Assembly (NCBI RefSeq): GCF_036588685.1
Contig: NC_086378.1
Location: 82,336,001-82,400,000, forward strand
DNA from: Mytilus trossulus
Lineage: Eukaryota
Direction of reading: 5' to 3'
Length of the DNA: 64,000 nucleotides
This document shows, piece after piece, positions 46,430 to 58,900 of the stretch. Positions within the stretch are counted from its first letter, which is position 1. Every line of letters begins with the position of its first letter. Made by a program: the position numbers and the translations under genes. Under the pieces are notes generated by a model, which made no database searches, had not been told where the DNA came from, and was given only the letters and a program-made list of their open reading frames with translations.

Positions 46430-49400
46430 TCAACTTTTTGAAACATTTTCATCTTCATTATCATAATCATTTATAACATTTATTTCCAAATATAAATCTT
46501 GTAGCATTTCTATTGTCTGTTCTTGTATTGATTCAACTTGAGCTGGTGGACAATATTCATCTGTTATACTGGATCTACAAAACATAAAACATTATTAAAA
46601 AGAAACAAACGTGATCATGCTGAAATGTCTCACCTACTATACTTATGAATTGATGTTGAAAGTCTAACATGAAGTTTTACTATAGCTACAAGTATGACAT
46701 AAACTAAATATTATCAATGATCAATGAAAATAAGGTTAAGGTCAGATGAACCATGCCAGACAGATATACATGTAAGAACAGACAATTATCAAAAATAAGA
46801 GTTTATTTAAAATTCTAGAATGAAGATAAACTTTAAATTTGAGAGGCTTTTCAAAGTTAGTAAATTTATATGGGTTTTGTTTTTTCTTGTTTGAATTGTC
46901 ATTTCATGCCTAAAATTCAGGGCCTGTAAAAAAATTGTGTGGTATGAGTTTAGCTCATTGTGGAAGACCAATCGGTGAACTATTTTTGTTAAATTCTGTC
47001 TCATTTTGGTCTCTTGTGGAGAGTTGTCTCATTGGCAATCATACCATATCTTTTCTTTATATCTGACAATTGTTGACAGCTCAATTATAACCTACAATAG
47101 CTGGCAAGAACATCATTTGGACTGAACAGAATTTTATTCACATTAGGATTGTCTCCCTTTTTTTTTTTATTTATTAAAACAGCTTCATCAGCTGATGCAT
47201 AATGACAAAACATATAGTATTTTATGAAGCAAAAAGACAAATCAACAGTAAATGTATGATAAACCATAATTACCTTGCCATTGTAATCATCACAGGTTTA
47301 TGAAAGTGGCTGATAGTTTCCTGGACAGCAGAAACAAGTAGAGTTATCTGCCCTTCAGAGCTGACATGATGAGGTAACTCTGTGTCGTCACATGTACATC
47401 CTGCGTCATGGAGTAACTGAAAATCAGGACTTTCCTCTTTATCAAATAGAGCATCTCTCAGGATCAGTATTAATTCTTTGCTGTTTAGAATAAAACAAAC
47501 AAATTTTGTTGATGCTTGATTAGGATGATTGCATGTTGAACATTTGCTGAAAAATTCTGTTGAAAAAAAATTAGAGGAGTTATAGATCTTAAAAAACTAT
47601 AAACTTTGTATATTCTAATTTGAGGTATTGTATCAAAAAATTAATAGCTTCTATAATAAAATATTTTGATTTATTTTGAATGAAAAATGAAAATCCAACC
47701 TTGTACTTATTATTTTCTAAAATTTGCTGTATACAGAATATTGCTACCGGTAGCTTAAATCAAAATGTGAATAGTTTTCGCATTTATAATAAATGGATTT
47801 CAGAAATAGCAGTACCAATATACAAACTTTTGACATTATACCTTGGATGATCAATTTCAGCATGTCTATCCTGATGTATGTTATAAAACACTGCCTTCAG
47901 TTCTGATAACTGTTTCTGTCTCCCTGTAGTACATTTAGATATTTCTTCATCTGATAAGTTTTTAGGTTTGTCAAATCTATACAGATCTTTTAGCATTCCA
48001 TAGATTTTGTCTGAATACATAACTTTGAATGGATTCTGAGTTGAAAAGAAATCAAGGTCAATGTCTAAAATAAAATGTTTGTCACAAAAAGATTTGTGTA
48101 ATATTTCAAGCTGTTTGTTCAAATTTTTTGAAGTTGTTATAATATCATTATTTGAAAAAGAATTAGAATTTTTCATCAATTCCTCTGTACATAAGCGTTT
48201 AGTATGTTGACTTGAATTGTCATCATCACATCTAATTTTGTCACAGTTTTCACTTTGATCTGATGTACATGTATCATTTTCAGTTGATAAACTGGTTCCT
48301 ATTTCAATGTCAACTTTTATTCCTTGTTTAGCACTACTTGCTGGTTCCCTATCATTACATGACAGTTCCCATCTATTAGGAACTATTTTCAATACTGTGA
48401 GTTTGACCTTTTTCTTGTTCTCTAACTTTTCTTCTGGACAGTATAAAGTTTCACTAACAAAATAGTTTTCTTTGCATGTTGTTCTGAAACAAGTTGAAAG
48501 GATAAATTGTATATACAAAAATACTTTTTTTCATATTACAACTTTTGGTGTTTATTTTTTTTTCTCAAAAGGTTACCTTCTCTTTGATAGGAAGGACACT
48601 CAGGAACTTGGTCAAGTAAAGCAATGTAAAGAAGTCAAATCAAGCTTTTAATTGGTTCAATTTGCAGGAAATAAATTGTTTTTTGTTCCTATACACAACA
48701 AAATAATCTGAAAACAGTAAACTTTAACCCAAAATAGCATTGATTATACCAGTATGTCAAATTTTATTCCTTTTGGTGTCACAAGTCAAGAACCTGTAAT
48801 TTATTGCTGTTAGTTTTCTCATTTGAATTGTTTTACTATAGTCTAAACAATTTGAGGTTTTCCATTGTTTAAAGTTGTTCTTCGCCATTTGGTCTTTGAT
48901 GGAGAGTTGTCTTATCAGCAATCATACTTCATCTTCTTGTTTTTTATATAATAGCAGTGACTACAAAAATTAGTAGAACCTTATCACATGTATCAGTGAT
49001 ACTAAGCTTGTAATTTTTTATGCCACACGTTTTGTTGTGCAAATAAGACTCACCAGTGGAACTTGTATTACTGTGGATTCATTTATTTCATTGGTACCAA
49101 TTTTTGTGGATTAAGGAAAACAAACATGTTCGTGGATATTTAATTTCATGGATTTGCAGTTCTAAGTATGCATACAAGCCAATAAAAAATGTTATATTCA
49201 TTGAACATTTAAATTCCTGGTTTACATGTTGCCATAAAAGCCACGAAATTGGTATCCAACGAATAATAATGAATCCACAGTCAAACATTTGGAAGGCATA
49301 TAAAACCGATGTTAAATTATACACAATTATGAAGTTCTAGTAGACATTTTTGTTTAGGGGCCAGCTGATGCCCATCCCTAAGTGTTGGATTTTCTGGCTG

Positions 49401-52400
49401 TGTTGAAAACCCTTTTGTGCCTTCAGATATTTTCTACTCTTTGACACCTTACCCATTTCCATTCTTAATTTTACTGTAAATGTAACTACCTGATACAACC
49501 TGTAGTGTTACACTTCCCAACATAGAACTGGATCTCTTTATCCTGGATTTGTTCACACCATGGAGGTTTAAACCAAACAACATGACTGATATGTCCTGCA
49601 TACACCATTGGTATAATCCAGTTCTCTATACTTGTTGTCCTGAAAAAATACAATCATATTAAAATAATGGTTTGTTTTTCTGTTCATCATTTTTTTTAAA
49701 TATTATAAATAAACTCATTATCATAGACACAATGCTTAAAACTATGTACAGCAGACATGCGGTACGTCTAAACACTGCTAAGGACTCCTTAGTGCACTAA
49801 GGACTATACAATGCCACTAAGGACTAGAAGAACTACTGTTATACGTGTTATTTTTGCATATTCTGTTAAAGATTGATATTTAATGCATTAATTTCAAATT
49901 TTATTGAAAAATAATCATAAATAAAAAAGATATTCAACATTTTCTAGGCACGTGCCCATTTTTCTTTGATATACCGAAAATCAATGAACCGATTGACACG
50001 TGCCAAATAAAATAACAACTGATTAAACAATCATATATTCTTTAATTTAAGAAATTGACAATTGTATCGAAAAGATTAATACTTGATTATCATAATAAAA
50101 TGTGTTGTTCTTATTTAATAGTTAAAATGATTAAAAGGACAAATAATTTTGCTTTTGTTTCATTTATTTCCCCACATAGTTATTTGCCATAGGTTTTAAT
50201 GTTGATGAGCGCCAACTAATAAGTAAGAGTGTGGTCAGCTTGGTAAAATGTTTATGTAAGACTCATGAAGACAAAATGAATATATATATTTATAACTTTT
50301 TTGTTTTTATTTTAATTCCGACAAAGATGCGTTACGAGTGGCTTCACTAAAACAGTAAATTCCGAAAAAAAAACCCTAAAAATCATGATTTTTATTTGTC
50401 CACTTTCTATTACTGCTTTTTACGTACTAGTACGAAAAACGATTGAATTGATAAAAATCATGTGGCGTCCTTGTGATTTATCAAAACCACTAGTTTTCAA
50501 CCAGTTTGATATCAGTTTACAAAGGCGGTACTTATTAATTTGAAATTGTTTGACATTTGTTTTCTTTTTTTCTTCTAAAAGTAAAAGAAGTTTAAAATAA
50601 TCATTTAACGAATTTTAGTCAGATAAGGTTTTATTTCTAATATATGAAAGAGAAATGTTTTTCAAAATGTTCCACAGTGTTTAGTACATTATTTACGAAT
50701 AATTTCCTGCATTTGTTAATTTAAAGTTAAAGATATAATGTTGAGAGTGCTTTGTAAAAATTACTCACTGTTGAAGGCCGTATGGGTAACTTAAAGTTAT
50801 TAATTTCTGTGTCATTTTGTCTCTTGTGAATAGTTGTCTCATCACCAACCAGAGTACCACATCATTTTTTATATTGGTTGCAAAAATTTATTATCGTATT
50901 GAACTCGTTTTTGTCCAGAAATATATTGCTCAAACGTGTTCTTCATATGATAATAAAATTTGAAAATGAACCATAGCATACGCACACTGTTTACTTGTAG
51001 CTTGCATTAAATAAGTTTGGTTACATGTAGTAAATATTTTTTTCTCAGATGGATTTTTTTTGGTCCCCAAATACATTGCTCAAACGTCTTCATATGTAAA
51101 TTAAAAAAAGGATAAAATTTGAAAAAGTACCATAGCAAACGCACAAGGGTGGTTGCATGTAGTAAAAAGTTTATTATCTTATTGATTACGTGTTGTCCAG
51201 TAATACATTGCTTAACGTCTCCATATAAGAAAATAAATTTTGAAAAAGTGCAACACAAGAAACAAAATAATGTGTTTCGGTTCCAAACCTGTTCGAACGC
51301 ATGTCCGTCGTCGCCCGTATTCTGTCATTTATTAATATGAACATCCAATTAAAAAACCTTCAATACACTTGAGAAAAATACTTCTTCATTCTGAAAAAAA
51401 CCACATTAATAGTATTTCAACAACAATTCATTTTTTACCAATCTTGTCCATTAAACACAACAAATACCATGATTCCCGTGAAATCCGTTATGTAATATGA
51501 CACGTGTCAAACGGTTCATTGATTTTCGGCACATCAAAGAAATACGGGCACGTGTCTAAATAATGTTGAATATCTTATTCATCTATGATTATTTTTCTAC
51601 AAAAATTGAAATTTATGCATTAAATATCATTCTCTACCATAATATGAAAAGAAATAGCATGTTACAGCACCCCATCTAGTCCTTAGTGGCATGCTATAAG
51701 TCCTTAGTGCACTAAGGACTCCTTAGCAGTGGGGCTGCTTCATTTGTTCTAGGTCGGGCTATGCCCGGTTCGCCCTATCACGTGACCGGGTTAAATATGG
51801 CTGAAAATAAAACGAGTGGAACTGGCTGATTTAAAGATGGCGACAGAAGTTCAAATTTATACTTTTTTGCTTTCTAAGCTAGGGAATATAAAAGATGAAC
51901 CTATTAACAATAAATATATATTTTTAAGATGCAGACTTTTTTTCTGAGGCCTTATTCATCCTTAAAACGTTTCTCCGAGATAATTTTATGAATTTGAAAA
52001 TAAAATATAGCATGGCAATTTAATATCGTCGTAGTGGACTAATTTAGTATCATGTATCATACTAGTCTGATTGACAAAAATCAATATTCACCTTTTAAAT
52101 TCCGATAATTTATCTAAAATTGCACTTTCCGCCATACTTTTATGACCGGCTGATTGCTTGCCGGTTAGTGTACACCGGCGAGAGCGGCGTATGCCTATTT
52201 GCGCCGGCGGCTGATTTTACAACAAATGAAGCGACTGTGCCTATACCGGAAGCGTCAACCGGGCTAAGCCGGGCTAAGCCGCTGTGGCAAATGAAGTACT
52301 ACCAGTGTTTAGACGCACCCGCAGACATGTGTTTCTTCTATAAATATATATTAGTGACTCTCTAATCAAAAAGTGTAACAATCAAATAAATTACTAAGTT

Positions 52401-55400
52401 GAAGAGCATCAAATAATGATAATATTTATAGTGCTGCAATGTCCAGACAAAAAATATTAACTAATAAATTAATTACTTTTCTGTCTTTTTTTAATATTTA
52501 TTTTAATAGTGGTAAAATTCAATCCAACTTGACATTTAAAATTCAATCATTTTCCTACATGTTTTCCCCTTTGTAGTACCCCAGTATTTAACACGATGTA
52601 CAGTGTCAAATAAAATTTATATATCTGATATCATACTTATTCATTTAAAAATATACTTATTTAAATTATCACTTTTAAATATCAGGAAACTTTGTTAAAC
52701 TGAATGCTAATTTAAAATAATATCTGTAAAGCGTCATTAAATATGATGTTGTTCAGTACACGCTTACATATTTGACCTCGTTACCTGATCACCTTTGTGT
52801 ACCTTGTTATGCATCATTAGTTCTATTGATAAAGAGACAAGCTAAGGACACCTCGTCAAAGGTAACAAACCTGTAATCAGTGAATGATTTATGGCTTCAA
52901 TATAACTTATTGAAGGGATAATTGTTTGACAGCTTGTTGTTATTTAAATAAAAGAAAACATGTTTTTTCTACTTTTTATTGATGTACACAAGCTAAAGAC
53001 CAAGCCGTACATTTATGTTCCCAGAGAATTAGACTAACTGAGACACTTCAAAGAATCTTAAATATGCTGCATCTGTTGTAATAAACCCAATTATGACCGA
53101 AATATCTTTCTGAAATAGTATGCCCAAGCGGACATGTCCAAAACCCAAACGGACATTTTTAATGATCGAAAGTTGTTCAAAATTGAAATGACCGTTTTAT
53201 GAAAAATGTCTTGAAAAAAATAATTCTATTAGACCGTTTGAGGCTGAGAGCAGCCGGTCTTTTTATAAAAGTTCCGGTCATGTCCGGAATATATGACCGT
53301 TTTGGAAGCCTTGGTTTCTATAGAGAAAAAAAATATATACAAGTCATATCTTAGATTTGAAAATGAAAAACATTGTTAATAAAAATGCCACAAAATTATA
53401 ATTATTTTAATATAACAAGCAATTTTTGTGGTACAACCTGACATTTAAAAAAAATTATCTTGTTTTTAAATTCAAAGGGAGACAATTCATGTCCTTAGAG
53501 CAGAGTATCCTGAGTAAAATAAGAATCTGCATTGATAATTTAATGAATTGCTTTTATCTATTTTGAATTTATTGAACCATAAAACTAATTTTTGACTCTT
53601 TACATTGAATAATCTGCGAAGCGGATTATGTAAAATGATATTACTCATATAAGACATCTTTCTGGTATACATCATCTGCCTTCATATCACATGGAATCAG
53701 TAGATCTGGATGGGAGTCATAATGTACAAATACAATGTCCTCAACAGGGAGGTGTTTACTGCCAATACCTCTATGGATGAATGGTACGACCTGAAATGTA
53801 CAAATACAATGTCCTCAACAGGGAGGTGCTTACTGCCTATACCTCTATGGATGAATGGTACAAACTGAAATGTACAAATACAATGTCCTCACTAGGGAGG
53901 TGTTTACTGCCAATACCTCTATGGATGAATCATGAATGGTACGACCTGAAATATACAAATACAATGTCCTCAATAGGAAGGTGCTTACTGCCAATACCTC
54001 TATGGATGAATGGAACGACCTGAAATGTACAAATACAATGTCCTCAATAGGGAGGTGTTTACTGCCAATACCTCTATGGATGAATGGTACGACCTGAAAA
54101 ATACAAATACAATGTCCTCAACAGGGAGGTGCTTACTGCCAATACCTCTATGGATGAATGGAACGACCTGAAATGTACAAATACAATGTCCTCAATAGGG
54201 AGGTGTTTACTGCCAATACCTCTATGGATGAATGGTAAAAAAAATTGGAAAAAAATCATCAAAGATCTTCCATTGTCTTCATAATATTTTAATTTCATGT
54301 GTTTTTCATGTTTGATATATATATTTCTTGTCTCATGTTTGGCTGCCTGCTTTGTGTTTGCCCTTATTCATTTTCCATGTTTCTTCAATGCAAAAAATTT
54401 CACTGCTTACAGTTTTCACTGTTGATTTTTTATTCACGTGTGTACTCAAATTTTAAAATCAAATGTTTTCAGGTATCTTATTTTTTTTGTCAAGGCTTAC
54501 TACAAACTTTTACTGTTTCCGATTATTTTGTGATTTTTGTATGTAAAAAAAAATGGTGTCATATGTTATCTTTAAACTGGACCCCTGTTGTGTTCACTTA
54601 TCGCTACACTGACAACAAGTATGGCCTAAATCCCGTGGTCAGAAATCTGACCACGGGATTTAATAATTCGACGAGACTAGTACATCATGAGCTATGTTTA
54701 ATTATGTATTATACTGATAGAAATCAAAGAAAAATTAGCACATTTATTACCCTACTGAGTTCTTAAGGGAACAAAAGATACCGGCTCAGTTTGTCAAGAA
54801 CGTGTTAACACGCTCGTTGGTCATTTATCTGTGCTACTACCGTAGGGTTGATTAACAGATCCTTGGAACAGTAGACGGACAGGGCCTAAAATAAAATATT
54901 GTTTGTTTCCCTAATCTAGTGATGCATATTTTTTACATTTAATAAATAAGGCTAAACCGTTCAATTTTATTTAATGTGTTCTAATGTCTTTTAAAGTGAC
55001 TTTGAATACGTTTTAAATTTGTCAAGTTGTTATAAGTGTTGTAGTTGGTCCAAATATAGAAACCAATAAACACATCACAATATACGTGTGTGAAATTAAT
55101 CTAAACCAGTGATAAATGGATGATACAAAATACATATGACATATGAAAACATATGACATATTAAAACGGGAAATGAGGTCTAGCGTGACCCGGGAACTGC
55201 CAAATAATGAGAATTGCTAACATATACATTATTTTTATAAGCGGGATACAGGAATCTGACAAAACAGTAACATGAGTAAGGGGGATCTGGGATCGGAACC
55301 CCCCCAATGAGACCCGCTACATAATTCATAAATTTGACAGTGAGATGTAAAAATCTTAGTAGATAAAATCCCTAACAAAAGAAACAAAATCGGAAACGTT

Positions 55401-55739
55401 ACAGTATTTCTGTTTCTCTTTTTTTAAAACATTGTTGATTTAAAAAATAATCATAGACTTCCTCCCCATTCACAGGTAATTCCTACCTCTTATTAGATAA
55501 AATATTTAAAAAAAAAAAGGCAATCTTCAAAAGGTAAAAAAAAAAACAAATAATCACAAAAAAAGTAAACAAATATTTATGTCAACAAACAAACAAAAAA
55601 CTGAAAAAAAACTAGTCATTCAATGATGACAATTTGTCAAACTTGACTTATTGTAAGGCATTACTTCGTTATGATCTTCTACAATATGAAGAGGTGTGAC
55701 GGCAAATTTCTTTAGTGCTTTGTTTTGTTGTCGAGCCAT
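46430..55739 (-). CDS. C5orf22: UPF0489 protein, C5orf22 homolog. Exons 55739-55665, 53790-53645, 49639-49490, 48483-47842, 47480-47274, 46574-46430
   Basis: In-phase spliced ORF: HIVEDHNE|[74 protein letters not shown]. Confidence 0.92.
49760..52320. mobile_element. Non-autonomous Mutator-like element (long TIRs, 9-bp TSD) with a nested insertion in its right TIR
   Basis: TSD GCAGACATG at 49751-49759 and 52321-52329. Termini CGGTACGTCTAAACACTG / CAGTGTTTAGACGCACCC. ~240-bp inverted arms at 49774-50010 and 51490-51731. Confidence 0.85.
51732..52302. mobile_element. Nested TIR-like element
   Basis: Flanked by duplicated CAGTG; inverted termini ..CTTCATTTG / CAAATGAAG..; GC-rich subterminal CCGG repeats. 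Confidence 0.65.
53721..54237 (-). repeat. 74-bp tandem array x7 containing the acceptor and 5' half of C5orf22-like exon 2
   Basis: Minus-strand unit TTCAG|GTCGTACCATTCATCCATAGAGGTATTGGCAGTAAACACCTCCC..GTACAT. Acceptor G at 54168, 54094, 54020, 53946, 53865 and 53791 (true). Confidence 0.95.
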
Positions 55740-55985
55740 TTTTCAATTTTTTGAAAACGAAAACACGGGCGCAGACATGTTGAAATTCAGCAGTGAATGA
55801 ATTTAAAAATATAATTAAAAACTCTGAGAATAAATCTTCTTTTGTTACAATTCAGATACTTTTGTTTTGTATCAAACTTCTTTTATATCAAAATAAGTTT
55901 TTAATTGATAAAATGATCATAAAGACATGTTTTGTAGAATTCCGAACTATAAACTCGTGTTTGTGCCGTAATTGTTTTTCTAATC
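55740..55985. promoter_or_regulatory. Putative bidirectional promoter C5orf22-like/PRMT5
   Basis: About 246 bp between divergent start codons. Confidence 0.6.
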
Positions 55986-58900
55986 ATGCCGGTGGTAAAA
56001 ATGTCCACACGTGTGTCCTGTGGCAGAGACTTTCATTGCTGTCCAAACATTAATGATACGTTAGATCAGGCTTGCAAGTCTGGGTAAATTAAACTAAACC
56101 TAGTGTTACTTCATGTCACAATCTGTACTTCTGTTTTTTTGAAGATTTTCAACATCCTAAATTCCAAAATTCCAAGACCCCATCATGGGCCCATGACATG
56201 AGGCTGAGCATGAGAATCCAACCTTTCAGGAAAACTCTTATATATTTTGATGTATTTACTCCTTTTATATTGTTATAACAAGTTGTTATATCCACCATTT
56301 GACGAGTGGACCTAACATTATATGAATCCGGGTCTGTTTGCGCCCATTCACGTTCGCACCCACTCATGTTTGCCCCCTTTCACTTTGGCACACTACATGT
56401 TCGCGCCCAATTTTACATTAGTTTTGTGTTTAATAACTATAGCTTTGTAATCAATTTTTGGCAAGTGTATTCTTATATTTGTTGTCATTGTCTCAAAATA
56501 AAGTGAGACAACATTTTTTTTGTGTTGAATAAATCTTAAGCATGTTTTGGATAGTGTATTGTTAAAAAATAATCCTTTCAAAATAAAGTGGGATTCTGTC
56601 AACGTTTTATTTTGTGTTGAATAACTCTTAATCATGTTTTCGTTAGTGTATTGCTATAACTTTGTTTCATTAACTTGTTTCAAAATGGAGTGAGATTCTG
56701 ACTACGTTTTTTTTGTGTGTGTTAAATAAATTTTATCATGTTTGATCATGTTTGGTTATATTAGTGTATTGATATATTTTATTGTTTCATTGTTTCAGTT
56801 CAAAGGGACCAAGCTGTTAAAAACAAGTATCTTTTGTGTTTTTCATTTAAAATTTTCAATCATTTACTCATACCAAGCTATCAATACATTCAGCATTTAC
56901 ACCAAAGCATTTAAAAACAACAATCATGATTTTCCAATTATTCAACTGGAATTTGAATTAAAATTTGGCCCGAACGTGTAGAGTGCGAACGGACCTTGGG
57001 TATGAAGGTGCGAAGGTGTAGGGTGCGAAAGTATATTGAGCGTGAATGGACCTGATAGCACATTATATAGATTTTTGTCTACCTGTTTACTGTTATATGT
57101 AAAAAATCAGCCACATGAAGACCTTGTCCATAATTTCTTCATTCATGATTAGTCTAAGATCACTCTGATGTCCAGCAGCTGTTTTGCCAGACAAGCTGAT
57201 GCCATGAGACGTCAGAGCTTGTCCTATATCAAAAAGTTGATATTTGCCCATCCAAAAATGAATGTGTTGCTTCTTGAGCCAATTGACAGCCTTGTATCCT
57301 TGTTTCTCACAGGCACTTGTCTAAGAAAAAAAAAATCCTATATATCTTGATATAATACAAGGTTCTTAAATTGCATTCTAGAAAAATGTCAGCTGGTGGC
57401 GAAATTCCATTACATGCCAATTTCTCTGCTGTCAATCCCACTAAAACTAGTTACATAATGTATGTCGTAAATCTAAATTGATTTTTCTACACAATGGTGT
57501 ATAACACACCTCTTTTGTTTGTCAGAATTATCTGTAGCAGGCCTACCGAAGTATAACAATTGTAATTATTTTTAAATATCATAGATATTTCACATTTTAC
57601 ATTTTAGATTTGATTTTGTATGTTTTCCCATTGTCAACCCTCGTTACAAGAGAGAATTCATCCATGGACCTGCCAAGAACAGACCAGGAGCCATTACTAG
57701 ATCTGACATGCTTCTCACAGGACAAGGTTTGTTTTAGTTCTTATTAGCAGGTATTATTAATATTCTATATCAATAATATTGAGATTGGAAATAGGGAATG
57801 TATCAAAGAGACAACAACACGACCATAGAAAAAACAACAGCAGAAGGTCACCAACTGGTCCTCAATGAAACGAGAAATTCCCGCACCCGTAGGCATCCTT
57901 AATATATACTAGTTCAGTGATAATGAATGCCATACTAATTTCCAAATTGTGCACAAGAAACTAAAATCAAAATAATACAAGACTATCAAAGACCAGAGGC
58001 TCCTGACTTGGGACAGGCGCAAAAATGCAGCAGGGTTAAACATGTTTATGAGATCTCAACCCTCCCCCTATACATCTAGGCAATGTAGAAAAGTAAACAC
58101 ATAACAATATGTACATTTAAAATTCAATTCAAGAGAAGTATGAGTCTGATGTCAGAAGATGTAACCAAAGAAAATAAACAAAATGACAATTATACATAAA
58201 TAACAACAGACTACTAGCAGTTAACTGACATGCCAGCTCGAGATTTCAATTAAACTGATTGAAAGATTATGATTTCATCATATGGCCCGAGAACACAGTT
58301 ATTTCGTAGTGCATTTCTTTTAAACAATAAATTCAAATTAAAAAAATCGCACCTGCTCTTTCTCAAAAATATTTTTACAGTGTAGACCAGTGAGACAAAT
58401 AATATCAAAATTATAGAAACAAATATACAAAATATGCTGCACATTTTTTCTGTGATAATCTACTTTTCTCTTTATTCAGAGTTCACAAATGGTTAATTGA
58501 ATTTGATTTAAGCATAGAAACACAAATATCAGGAACAAAAAAGCTGTCAGATAGAAAGTCAGCATGCCTCTTGGGCATTAAATGTAAACTGCTTTAAAAT
58601 GCTTATTATAGCCGTAGAATGCCAAAATGGCACTTTTTAACAGAGTTTCTGTAAACCAAAGATGTAAATCCTTTACTTTTATTGAGTTTGACAAATTGAA
58701 ACCAGCAAATCATTCAGGAAAGTTCCCAAAGTACAGAATCTAGATTTCAGGAATCCATCTCTTAGGCCCGAGAACACAGTTATTTCGTAGTGCATTTCTT
58801 TTAAACAATAAATTCAAATTAAAAAAATCGCACCTGCTCTTTCTCAAAAATATCTTTACAGTGTAGAGTACTACCAGTGAGACAAATAATATCAAAATTA

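Noticed and set aside
49710-52410. Hammerhead ribozyme in the repeat interrupted by the MULE-like element
   Set aside because: The flanks resemble a hammerhead-bearing repeat, but the CTGATGA and GAAA cores are degenerate.
53781-54298. Short ORFs with repeated peptides on both strands
   Set aside because: By-products of the 74-bp array; only 53790-53645 is a real exon.
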